A model generated the notes under the pieces. It ran no database searches, had not been told where the DNA came from, and was given only the letters and a program-made list of their open reading frames with translations. Shown in pieces: positions 32,382 to 43,276 of a stretch of DNA of 64,000 nucleotides. Each line of letters starts with the position of its first letter. Positions within the stretch are counted from its first letter, which is position 1. Made by a program: the position numbers and the translations under genes. This DNA is from Diplonema japonicum (Eukaryota; Protista; Euglenozoa: Diplonemea): positions 248,001-312,000 of the forward strand of contig OZ025657.1 in assembly GCA_964019335.1 (NCBI GenBank), written 5' to 3'.

Positions 32382-34266
32382 CTTCGCATTTCAAGAAAAA
32401 AGAAAGGGGAAAAAAAGGGGCTGTCCGTGTGTGTGTGTTTTTCTTTTCTCTTTTTATAAGAAAAAAAAGAAAATATGAACTCGAAAAAGAAAAAAAGAAT
32501 CTTTAAAAAAAATAAAGGGTTTTGTCATATAGGAGGACGGGGGGGACGGGGGGGGTGTGCGTGTTTCCTTTTTTTTTTATTACTCCCTTTTCCTTCCCTT
32601 CCCCCCTTCTTATTTAAAAAAGCCTTCCTTGCCGCCTAATTGCAGTAAAATATTTTGTGGGGGGGGTAATAAAAAAAAATTTAAAGAGGCGTATGGTGCC
32701 ACCCCCCATGTTCATTCTACATCAGTGGTAATAGGAAGGTTTGCACAAAAAAAAAAGGAATGAAAAAAGTGTGCTGAAGGGAAACCTGCAGTATGCATGA
32801 GGATCACTTGTTCATGATTACCTCTGCTTTCGGCTTGGATTGAGAAACAGGGGAGAATGAGAGGGAAATGGGACTATGGGTCTATCATGCGTAGTTGCTT
32901 CTTTTTTTAAAAAAGGGGGGAGTGCGAGAAAGGGCAAATAATGAATATTTCTTCTTACGTGCTACTTTTTTTTTTTTTTTTTTTTTTCAAAGCAATCACC
33001 CAAAGCTACTAATCATATCATAACAATTCTTTTTTTTTTTAATTTTTATTTTCTTCGTTTCTTGGTGAGATGGAACAAAAAAAAAAGGAAAAACAACAAC
33101 GTAGCTTCTGATATAGCGTCTTAAACCGTCCAAAGCCTAGAATTAGGCTCGGCTTTCTTTTATGGGGGGGGGGAATAAATTGCCCGATAATGGCAAAAAA
33201 AAAAAACGGTGGGACATGGTGTGGTCAGAAAAAAAGGAAAAAAAAAAAAGGAAAAAAGAGACAGAATGGAAGGGTTCTTTTCTCCAAAATGAAGTAGCTG
33301 CTAAAATAAGGGGGGGGGGTGGGTGGGTGGGAATGGAGAAAAGGTGAAAGTATGCGATCCTAAGTAGCAGTTGGTTTTCTTTCCCCCCAATAATACTTAT
33401 TATTTTCTATTCTTGCCCCCCCCCCCCCCCCCCGGTAGTGCGGAAAAGGAAGAAACGCCAGTTTCTGCTTTTTTTTTTTCTTTTTTTTTTTTTTAACACT
33501 CATGTTTTTGGACCACGCGAGCACACATTTCTTTTACCCTTATACACTGACTAGATATCGGTTCTTGAGCCCACCCCCCCCGCCCCCCATCCCACTCCCC
33601 ATTTCCTTGCGTCTCATTCATTGTGTAACACCAAACCCTTTGTCTCTCTTCTCCAGCTTTTTTTTTTTTTTTAATGTTTTCTTTTTTTTGTTGTTTAAAA
33701 ATTCTCCCTTCCTTTTTTTCATATTTTCTTTATGTTTTTTCTTTTCCCTCACCCCCCCCCCCCCCAACTTAACACAATTCCTTTTTTTTTGAAAAAAAAA
33801 AGATCTCTTTTCTTTACAAATATATAATTACTCAAAACGGGGAAGTGGGTGAGTCAATCAAAAAGAAATATGTGGAGGAAAAGAAATACGGAGGGGGGAG
33901 GGGTGAAACAAAAAAGGACGTAAGAGAACCAGATTGGTGTTTTTTTTTATTCATGTCCCCCTTTTTTTCTTCTCATTCTTTCTTCTTTTTTTTTTGAGTG
34001 TGTGTGTTTAAAAATATTTCTTTTTCTATTCTTTTTTCTTTTTTTTTTAAAAAATTAGGAAAGACCGTTTTCGAAAAAAAAAAGAGGGACCAAAAAAAAA
34101 AAAAAAAAAAAAGGTGGTGGTAGAGAAGAGAGAAGAAAAAAAATGCAATTGTAAGACACCAGATTTAATTATATTTACCCCCCTTTTTTTTTCAACAGAA
34201 ATTCACGAAGAAAAAAAAAAAAAAAAAAAAAAAAAAAGTGTTTTTTTCCCATCATTCTCCTCATTT

Positions 34267-36056
34267 TCACTTTTGCACCGTGCGTCTAGCAGATTCACGG
34301 TACTGCGCAGCGGGTGTCACTTGAGCAGATTGGGGTGGCTGCTGCGGGCTCACATTGCGGTTATGGTTAATCACAGGAATAGGCGATTGCCTGGATTTTT
34401 TTTGTTGTAAATCAAATGTCTCTCCATACAATCTGGTGACACCCCCGCTTCTGTGAACTTTGAGCAGCGCCCCGACGGCAGCTCGCGACGCACTCCCCCC
34501 AAGGTTATGCAGGTTTATAGATTTCCGAGGCGACGCCTGAGGCTTCTTAACAGTATCCAATGGAGTGTTTGTACTAACAGAAGCCTCATCTATCCAAGTA
34601 CGAATGGCGTCCATTCCATCACGCCTTGAAGATAAGCCTTGCTGGCCAGGCACACGGTCTACTTTTGCTAGCTCACGGAGTTCGTTGTTTAACTCGATTC
34701 CACCATCAAGACCGCCTACGTAAGTTACAACGTCCTGTTCTATAACAGCGGTTTCAAAGTCCATCATCCCCTTGAATCGAAGGATAAGAGGGCTCATTCC
34801 TTCAGGGGTCAGATCGACCATCCCGCAGATTGCGTGCAAGGGTGCTGGGTCGATGTCGATGTCTTCCGTGTCTTTCATGAAATTCGCGAAGTACTCGTGG
34901 CCGACAATCACCGCGGCGGCGAGCAGTCGGTGGACAGTACGCTTGGAGATGATCCTGCCGTGCGCACGGATGCGGTCTGCATAGATCAACGCAGCTAAGA
35001 CAGCAGGACGGCCGTCGAGCCATCCTAACCCAGACGGTTCGTAGAAATATCTAAAATAACTACCGATTTCAAAAGTTTTTGTCTCAGTAGACGAGACGCT
35101 TGACACACCGTGCACCACACTGGACCGTCTTGGCAACCGGTACATGGACCCCACGTTGTCAGCGTAGCCCGCATTGAGGGAGTTGTAGATGTGTTCTTCT
35201 AACTCGGTGACGCCGATTCTCAGCACCTCCTCGAACTCTGCCGTGTCGCCTATCACGGATATGTCGCATTTTTCCTGTTCGAGAACAACTGATGCTTCGC
35301 TTTCTTTATCAATGGTTTTCCATGCTGAGGCGTTGGCGACCTCTGCCCTTTGGTCCACCACCTCTGATTCTATGACAGGAGTCCCGCTGCCCTTTCGTAC
35401 CTCCCATCTCGACGTTTCACTGTTAAACACGATTTCCGACCCTTTCGAGCCTGTCCATTTTGGAAGGGTACTGTCTGTGAAGGAGAGCAGGTACCTCCCC
35501 TCTACGTCTGGTGTTGTTGGTGACGCGACGCACAGACGAAGGTTGACCGGAGCCCGTGGGACCTTGAGAGGCGCTGCAAGAGAGAAACACCGTGATGGGT
35601 TACGCAACGGAGGGGTGGCAGCCCTTTTGGGCATTTCTTCTAAGGATGGCTTGTGGGATGGCTGTTGGGATGCCTCGATTTTCTTTCTTACGACTTCGGA
35701 AGCCGACCCACTTCTCGGGCTACAGGAACTGCTTACAACCTTTGGCCGTTTGTGGCTTGGCGACACTCCAGGTGAGTGGCCAGGGCTGCTGGGTCTGCTG
35801 AGCCCCCAAACCTGACCACCTACACCGCTTTGTGACAGCTTTACATTCACGCTACCTGAGCTCTCTCGATTGTCTGGTGTAGGTGATTCTAACAATTGCC
35901 CATGCCGGCCAGATGACGAGAGATGCCTAGCCTCCTTACCGAATGAGGAATGGGGTAACCGATTCTGTGATTTTGTTTTTTTTGTTTTATATTGTTTTTT
36001 TTTGTGTTGCATACCGCAGGCCGAGGGGACTGTCCTCCGTTTCCGGACCCGTTCAT
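34267..36056 (-). CDS. PHO80/U-type cyclin-like protein (2 exons)
   Basis: Cyclin box PAVLAALIYADRI...TVHRLLAAAVIVG. Exon 1 MNGSGNGGQSPRPA (ATG 36056) is spliced via intron 35965-36014 to NRLPHSS. Confidence 0.72.
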
Positions 36057-36726
36057 GTCCACCCCCTCTCTCTGTCTCTCTCTCCCCCCTTCCCCCCTTT
36101 GTTGTATTTTTTTTTTTTTTTTTTGTTTTTCGTTGGGTGCTTTTTTTTTTTTTTAAAAAAAAGTAATGGAACAAAACAGAGAAATATGGATAGAAGGGGT
36201 AAAAAAAAAAAAAAAAAAAAAAAAAATAGAATAAAGGGGGAAGGTGGTTACTTCCAGAAAAATAAATAAAGAAAGAAAGAAAAAGAACAGAAGAAGAAAA
36301 ACTATATTACTCTGCTACGGTTTACTTTACCCCCTCCCCTTCTTTTTCCTCTTCTTCCCTTTTTCATTGTACCGTTTTCGCGAACAAAAAAAGGGGTCGG
36401 TTGACTACTACTCTTTTTAGCAATAACAATTCACTACTCAATATTTTGTTTTTCTTGTTCAAGCAAAAAAGAAAAAGAAAAAGAAAACGTCGTATAACGC
36501 TAAGAAGAAGAAAAAAAAAAACAAGGGAGCTAGCTGTTTGTTCGTACGTACCCCTGGGGGGGCAGAAACCTGGGGAAAGCTTTTTAACCCGTCGTTGCCA
36601 GTGTTCCCCTTTTAAGAGGAAAAAAAAAACTCGATGATTTAAAGGAAGCCGGTGGGGGCACCCTGCACAAGCACCATTTACTTGATTAGAGGGGGCGCAC
36701 CTCGGCCTAGCTGTAGCTTCTTCTGC

Positions 36727-36772
<46 letters not shown>

Positions 36773-37605
36773 ATTTTTAGCATTTTTGTGCACGCGGTAT
36801 AAATCCTGCTACTTTTTTTTTTTTTGTTGCACAAAATTGTGCTAACTGATACATCTGCCTACGCATGTGTATGTACAGCATCAGAATTGTGTTGCCCAAT
36901 CAGACTTTGCAAAATACATATAATTTAATAATCTACATTTGCAACATGAAACAAGGGGGGGGGGGGGGGTCATTTTCACATTTTCCAACAAAAACAAAAA
37001 AAAAAACGTAATACGTAACCCCCTAGGCCACGCGTCATATCCCAAAAGGGTTTGTGGCAGTACTCTTGTCCTCATAAGGCAAGAGACACCTTTGAAGGCT
37101 CCGTGCCCAGTAGGTTAGAGTGCACTGTGGGCAAGGCTATAACAAAGGGGGGATAACAGAGAGGTGAATAAGAGAATGCAATTTGGTTCTAAAAAAAAAC
37201 TAGTTTGACCTGCCCTATAAAATAGCTCATTACGCTGCCATCAACTAGTTTTCTTTTTTTTTTTTTTTTTTTTGAATCTCGACAATAATACAAAACAAAG
37301 CAAAAGTAAGTCGACGCAAAATCTTCCCCGCTCGAAAAGAAAAGGAAATAAAGAGATGAGATAAAGGAGGTTCCTGTCTTGGAACGTCCCCCTTGTCTCT
37401 ACTTATCTACCCCTTTCTCCCTTCTGGGGAAATAAAATACGATGTCACGCTTTTACCATCAATTATACGTCTGTTTTTTTTTTCTTTTTCTTTTTTTTTT
37501 TTTTTTTTTCCTCCCCTTTTTTTTCTTCTTCTAAATCAGAGCCCCTCCCCTCCCAAAAAAAGAATAGGAGAGTTGTTCTTTGTTTTCCTTCTTGGTGTTT
37601 CTGTT

Positions 37606-37649
<44 letters not shown>

Positions 37650-37732
37650 CTTTTTTGGGATTCACATGAAGTCAGCTCTCACGAGGGAAGCGAGATAAAA
37701 ATGACATAAAAGGGGAGGGAAACCGTAAACCT

Positions 37733-37773
<41 letters not shown>

Positions 37774-37807
37774 CTAACCTGAAAAGATTCGAGAGGTATC
37801 GAAGCGG

Positions 37808-38306
37808 AAAAAAAAAAAAAGAAATTCACTATGATAGGAACGAAGTGGTTAGCAACGGCCCGCCGCGGTGGCGTGCCTACCTTATGATGCTCCCCTTTTG
37901 GGGTCGTTCCCTGCTACCCACCGTAGTGCCTAGCTGTCGTTTATATCTTCCAATCCTTTCTTTCCGGTAATCTTCTCTCAGTCCTTTCAGCTTGGTCGCC
38001 GTCAGCCCCGATGCAAACAGGGCCCTCCTATCAAAGCCAACGACGTGGTCGCGGCCAATGGATCGTAGTGATCTCACCTTCTTGCATGACTGCGCCGGAA
38101 AAGCGCGTCTCCTCTTCTCCCTCATCCATGTCGCTTGCAGCGTATCCAGGATCCGCTTGATCCTCACCGCCTTCTTGTCGATGTCAATCGTCGTGTTGAT
38201 GTTAACCCCCAGCGTCTTCTTCGTGTAGCACTCGAAGTCAATCGCCAGCTCGATCGCCGACACGGACGTTCCCTCCTCCGCCCACCGCAGCGCAGCCAGC
38301 CATCTC

Positions 38307-38335
<29 letters not shown>
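37808..38335 (-). mobile_element. 5'-truncated non-LTR retrotransposon fragment (3' end of ORF plus 3' UTR), flanked by T-tracts
   Basis: RWLAALRW..VSAIELAIDFE..KGSIIR* is homologous to the C-terminus of the 43339 ORF. Sense-strand T29 lies upstream and TTTC-T13 downstream. Confidence 0.85.
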
Positions 38336-38337
<2 letters not shown>

Positions 38338-38669
38338 TCAGCTGATTGTTTCTCAGATAGCTTGTCCGTTTTCCCTACTTTGGGTGAAAACGGCTTTGTT
38401 TGTGTGCAAGCCGTTTGCACCTAAGTTGGGGGGTAGACGGGCTCTTTTTTTTTTTTTTTTTCTTTACAATCAATTCTTTTCAAAGTTGTGTACTTGTTCC
38501 AGCAATAAGAGAGAAAAGAATTCATATTCGACAAAAAAAAAACCCCCCCAGAATAATATCCCCACGCGACTTCAACAGCTTCCGTCGTCTCAAGAGGCAG
38601 CTCCGTTTTCTTTTCGTAAACGGCCTCCACGTGCACCAGCGTCTCGCTCGTTCAAAGAAGTACGGTACC

Positions 38670-39827
38670 TCACGTGTAAAGTGGAAGGTTTGAGGTGATA
38701 GTGACGTAGCAGATCGGGCAGGAAGTCGCCGAGTTGGAACAAGCTAGGCACATAGTGTAGTGCCCGCAAGGGACGGAGGCGACCTGACGGGGTGCTGTGT
38801 TGCAGAGGTTGCAGAACTTGTGCTTCGTAGGGGTTGTGTTGGGTTCCTTAGTTTCTTCCTCTTCGCTCCCTTTATCTTGTTCCGCCTTTTCTTTTTTCTC
38901 TCGGGCCACTTCTTCTTCGACCCGCTTCTGGTGGAGCCGGCACACCTCACGGTGCCCGTTAAAAAACGTAGGGTGCACATGGTTCTCACAAACCGGGCAC
39001 ATACTGATATTAACGTTTGACTTCTCCACATCGATCCTGCCATGGATGTCCCGTCTGCATATAGGACAGGTGTTGATTTTAATTGTACACCCCGAACAGC
39101 ACGCCCAGTGCCCGCATGGTTCGAAGGCGATGTTCTTTCTGAACTCGAAACAGATGACGCAGAGCTCTTCCTCGTCGATGTCCTCGCTTCCGGTCTTCCC
39201 GCGTCCCTCGTTCTGCTCGTTTCCTCTTTTGCACACTTCAACGTGTCCTGCAATGAGCATCGGGTGCAGCATTTCCCCGCAGTACCCACACGACACCGGT
39301 TCGTTCTTCGGCCCCGCCTCCCTTTCTTGTTTTCGTTGGTTCAGTCTGCACATCTCGATGTGTCCATCTGATATCTCAGCGCTTACCGTTTCATTGCAAT
39401 GTGGACAGACGACAATTTCCACACGGGTTGTGGTGACCCTGTGGAACCTTGCCTGTGTCGTTGTTGTTGTAGTTGTAGTTGTTGTGCGGCTGTTGTTGTT
39501 GCTGGTCTGACGGCACCGTGCAGCTTGTTCTGTTGTGCATGGTGTGCACATCTGTTGTGGTGTACAACGGGGCATAAAGGAGGATGGCATACCTTAACCT
39601 GGCCTCTACCCCGTTTTGTGCAGCATGTGGAACAGAATATTTTTCCGCACCTGTTTTTGGGAGATAAGGGGGAAGGGTGGGTCATACGTCCTGCAGTGGT
39701 GCTTCCTCTTCAGGAACGCGAACTTCTTTCCGCACAGTCTGCAGTTGCTCACTGTGGAATCCCGCTCCCACTGGACGCCATCGGGCCGTTGTTGCCGCCT
39801 TGTTCCGCAGTTCTGGCAGTTCCCCAT
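38670..39827 (-). CDS. FYVE domain + small Zn fingers + two C3HC4 RING domains (endosomal E3 ligase-like), 3 exons
   Basis: WERD...CRLC...RKHHCR|TCGKIFCSTC...K|MCTPC via introns 39651-39687 and 39552-39592. RINGs CVIC..PCGH..CPICR and CNLC..PCGH..CPIC. Confidence 0.85.
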
Positions 39828-39939
39828 GGTGGTCCTCCCTCCCCCCCTGTTTTAAAAAATCAAAGAGAATGTAAGAGAAAAAAAAAAAAGTAAGTAGTAA
39901 TATTATAACAAAAATGAAAAAAATCTATAAGTACAAAAA

Positions 39940-40200
39940 TCAATATGTAGACGCTGTCACTGGGGACCACTGTTGGCTGGCTCTGTCGTTTACGTTCTCT
40001 GGCTCCAACATGCGTGACGTGCCGTCTCCCGTCTCGTTTTTCCCATTTTCGACCAGCCCAAAAGGCTGGAACCCACTGCAGTCAGTGACAACATTTTGCA
40101 GTGTGGCTACTACGGCCGCCTCCTCTAAGAGGATCTGGTTGACACCAGGAAGGTCAGATCGGGTCGGGGTGGGGGTGCACACGAAGGATGCATAATTCAT
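39940..40200 (-). CDS. Small hypothetical protein, 86 aa
   Basis: Homopolymer-free ORF with a purine-rich leader before the ATG, as in neighbouring genes; no homology recognised. Confidence 0.4.
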   Translation of the reverse strand: MNYASFVCTPTPTRSDLPGVNQILLEEAAVVATLQNVVTDCSGFQPFGLVENGKNETGDGTSRMLEPENVNDRASQQWSPVTASTY

Positions 40201-40252
40201 TTTCTCTCTCTTCCCCCCTTTTTCCTATACTTTTTGTTGAATAGAAATGCAG

Positions 40253-40289
<37 letters not shown>

Positions 40290-40634
40290 AAAAAAGAAAA
40301 AAAGAAAGAAGCTAATTCACGAAAAAATCTCCGCACACAAAAAAAGTGCTCCGGTTGCTGATATCACGTCATAACACGAATAAATGCAGTCGTTCTTCAG
40401 ACTGGTCTTCTTCAGCTCCTTCAGCTTGTCCGGTGTCTCTTGCCAAAGCCTATCGCAAAACAAAAAAAGTCGATTCTTTTTTAAAGGGGTCTAGGGATCC
40501 TGAGCTGAGCAGTAAAATAACATTTGGTGGGTAGACCTCTAGACCCTAAGAAAACTCAAAGTGCAGGACAACCCCCTCATGGAGGGCCGCCCTAGAAAGA
40601 AAAAAAAAAGGAATTGAGGGAGAAACCTGGGAAG

Positions 40635-41117
40635 AAAAAAAAAACTCAAAGTACAGGACAAGCCCCCGCTAGAGGGCCGCCCTATGGGAGGGGGGGGGGT
40701 CTATCTGTTAATACTCCCCTTCTGGAGCATTGCTTTCATCCCGATCGAGGCCGTGAGCGTCTTGCGATGTCGAGTGATGCGGTCCCGCTTGTAGGCGGCC
40801 TTCAAATCCATCAGCTTGTCGTGCGTGGACTGGGTAGCAAAAATGGGCCTGGAAGCCTACAGCCGCCTTTCCTCCAATGGCGATGAGGTACTTCACCCTT
40901 TTCTGCTCGTCCGCTGGGGTTTCGCTTCTTCCGTGCCCTGCATGCTGCGTTCATCTTTACGATGAGGGCCTTGATTCTGCGTGCCCTATCTTCCAGCAGG
41001 CCTCCTAATGATTTACCGGTCGTCCATTCGAAATCAATGGCCAGCTCCACCGCCGACACCTCCGAGGTGGTATCCTTCTCCACCCAGCGCAGTTGTGACA
41101 ACCATTGAAAAAAAAAA
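40635..41117 (-). mobile_element. 5'-truncated, frameshifted LINE fragment flanked by T10 tracts
   Basis: QWLSQLRW..VSAVELAIDFE.. and ..AMLQKGSINR* match the 43339 ORF. The 3' UTR ends ACTTTGAG-T10. Confidence 0.85.
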
Positions 41118-41262
41118 CTCAAATAAACATGCAAGCTCCCCGAGACGAAATCTGCATGCCCTAAAAAGGGGAAGGGGACTAGGCATCTCTCAGTTTCGGT
41201 CAAATCTCGCGACTCCTCCAAGTGCTGACCTCTTCAGGCGAGAGTACTTTTTCCCGACCAGG
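41118..41262 (-). mobile_element. Short retroelement 3'-end remnant ending TTTGAG-T10
   Basis: Same terminal TTTGAG plus T-tail as the other copies, bracketed by T-runs. The internal sequence differs. Confidence 0.5.
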
Positions 41263-41296
<34 letters not shown>

Positions 41297-41298
<2 letters not shown>

Positions 41299-42901
41299 AC
41301 TGCGCAAAAAAGCCCAGCAGCTGAGAGAAGATCCCTTCAGACGTCAGGAAGAGAGGGTATTTCGGCGAGATGTGCCGCCTGTCGATAAACTCGGCGAGTA
41401 AATTGATCAAGGATCTGGTCAACGAAAACCGCCCTTTCCTTGCATGCTTAGTGCACACAAACAGCACATACAAGGCACAGGTAGGGAATGCATCCATACC
41501 ACATGACGGTACGCTATCAGGGACAGTGACCTTCCCCTCCAGCAAGGTCAGGAAAAGACCCCCTTTTGGGTTATGCGCGACTTCGCGTATACACGAAATA
41601 CAATGCCATCCCACATGCCCCACGGCACCCTGCAGCAAAACCAGGTCCCTCTCGAGAACTTCGCTAAAGGCCTCCCTGTTGCAGGCATGGTTGAACTCCA
41701 GTGTGACGACGGCCTTTTTGTTAATACGTTTATACGTGATCTCAATTCGCTTACTACCGTCCAGAGCGTTCCACCCGATCACTGCCGGCAAGGGGAGGAA
41801 CACCTCATCATACAAACTGCACTCTGGCGACATGTGTACCCCGTCTCTAGTAACGTGCAGCCACATCATCATTGGCTTGAAATCATCATTTCGTGGGATC
41901 AGAAGCGCGGCATCGCGTGCAACGGGGTTTTTCTTCCTCGTCGCCGACGCCAATAACAACGGGCCTATATTTTCAAGAGGAATATTCAGCGGTTTGGATT
42001 CGTTGTGTTTTGTGTAGCAAAGCGCTCTTCCCGAAGAGTAGAAAACTGGTTTTTCTGAATCGTTGAAACAAATCGACTGCACAATAGATGGGCTGGTCGG
42101 CCAGAAGCCGTTCATGCCATTAGTTTGTTTCTCGACACTTTGTGGTGCTGTGTTGTAAACAACTTCGATGTTGTTCTCAATGTCGATAATATTCCGGGCA
42201 ACCCCGCCCACAGCAAGGAATCTTCCGGAAGGGGAAAAACACATCCGATTACCTGTTACGTCTTTAAAGACTCTTCTGCTTCGTTTCACCCCAACATGGT
42301 GCACTTCAGTGTGTGTAACAAATGTTATTGCCACAACAACACCTCTTTCCGTGCTTGTTATCGTGTAGCAAAGCGGAATGCGGTTCTGAATGAAAACCTC
42401 GATTGGGTTTTGAAAATCAAGGTTTCTAAACACCACTACCGATACCCAATTCGGGTTGCTCTCGACAGACGTTGCAACTACCGCTGAAAACTCGTTGTGT
42501 ACTTTGCATGAAAGGACCTTCATGGTGGAAGGCAAGGTTTTGACAGAAGATTTTGAAACGCCGGTTATAAGGCGCATCCCGTTCATAAAGCAGGCCGAGT
42601 ATATTCTAGATTTGGGTTCCCAAAGTACGGGAGATTCTACTAGTTGGACTCTGTTCTCCTCGTAGTTTGCGATGCAAAGAAGCCCCTCGACCGCGAGCAG
42701 CATTTTAGTTTCCCCCGTTATGAAGTCCCCTTCGCACCGTCCCGGCAGCTTTAAAAAGTGCGTTTTTCCCGAGTTTTCGATCACTTTTACCCTCGCGTGG
42801 CCGAACATTGCTATTTTCTCGCCGCTTTTTTCCACGATAATCTTTCTAACCGGCCCGGGCTTTTCGAATGTGTACTCCGCATGCACCATATTGCCGGACA
42901 T
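41297..42901 (-). CDS. Hypothetical beta-propeller (WD40-like) protein, 534 aa
   Basis: Intact beta-rich ORF; MCFSPSGRFLAVGG blade motif. Confidence 0.7.
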
Positions 42902-43276
42902 TATTATTTTTTTTTTTTTTTTTGAAATACCCCCGCACTTTTCCTTCTCTTTGTTTTTATTTAATTTTTTTTTTTTTTTTTTTTTTTTTTTTGATTAGGG
43001 GTTGCTAATCACCGAAGAATAACAAATATGGTCAAGTTTACACGGTATACTTTTGTCGAGGAGAAAGCCGCAATTAACTCTGAGAACTTTTTTAGGTTCT
43101 GTTGGGCACATTTCCTATGGTTTTTTTTTTTTTTTTTTTTTTTTTTTTCCCTTTTTTTTTTTAAAACAAAAGTAAGGTAAAAAACACGAATCCAAAAGCC
43201 CTTTGTTGACAAGTACCGAATAATTGAAGAAAAAAGAGAAGATAATATACACCTCACCCTCCTCTCCCCTCCCAGC

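Noticed and set aside
32400-34260. Possible snoRNA or other ncRNA in the long intergenic region
   Set aside because: No convincing box C/D or H/ACA pairing, tRNA fold or spliced-leader sequence was seen.
37192-37255. AAAACTAGTT...AACTAGTTTT short inverted repeat
   Set aside because: The match is mostly a palindromic hexamer plus A/T runs, too short to call a MITE.
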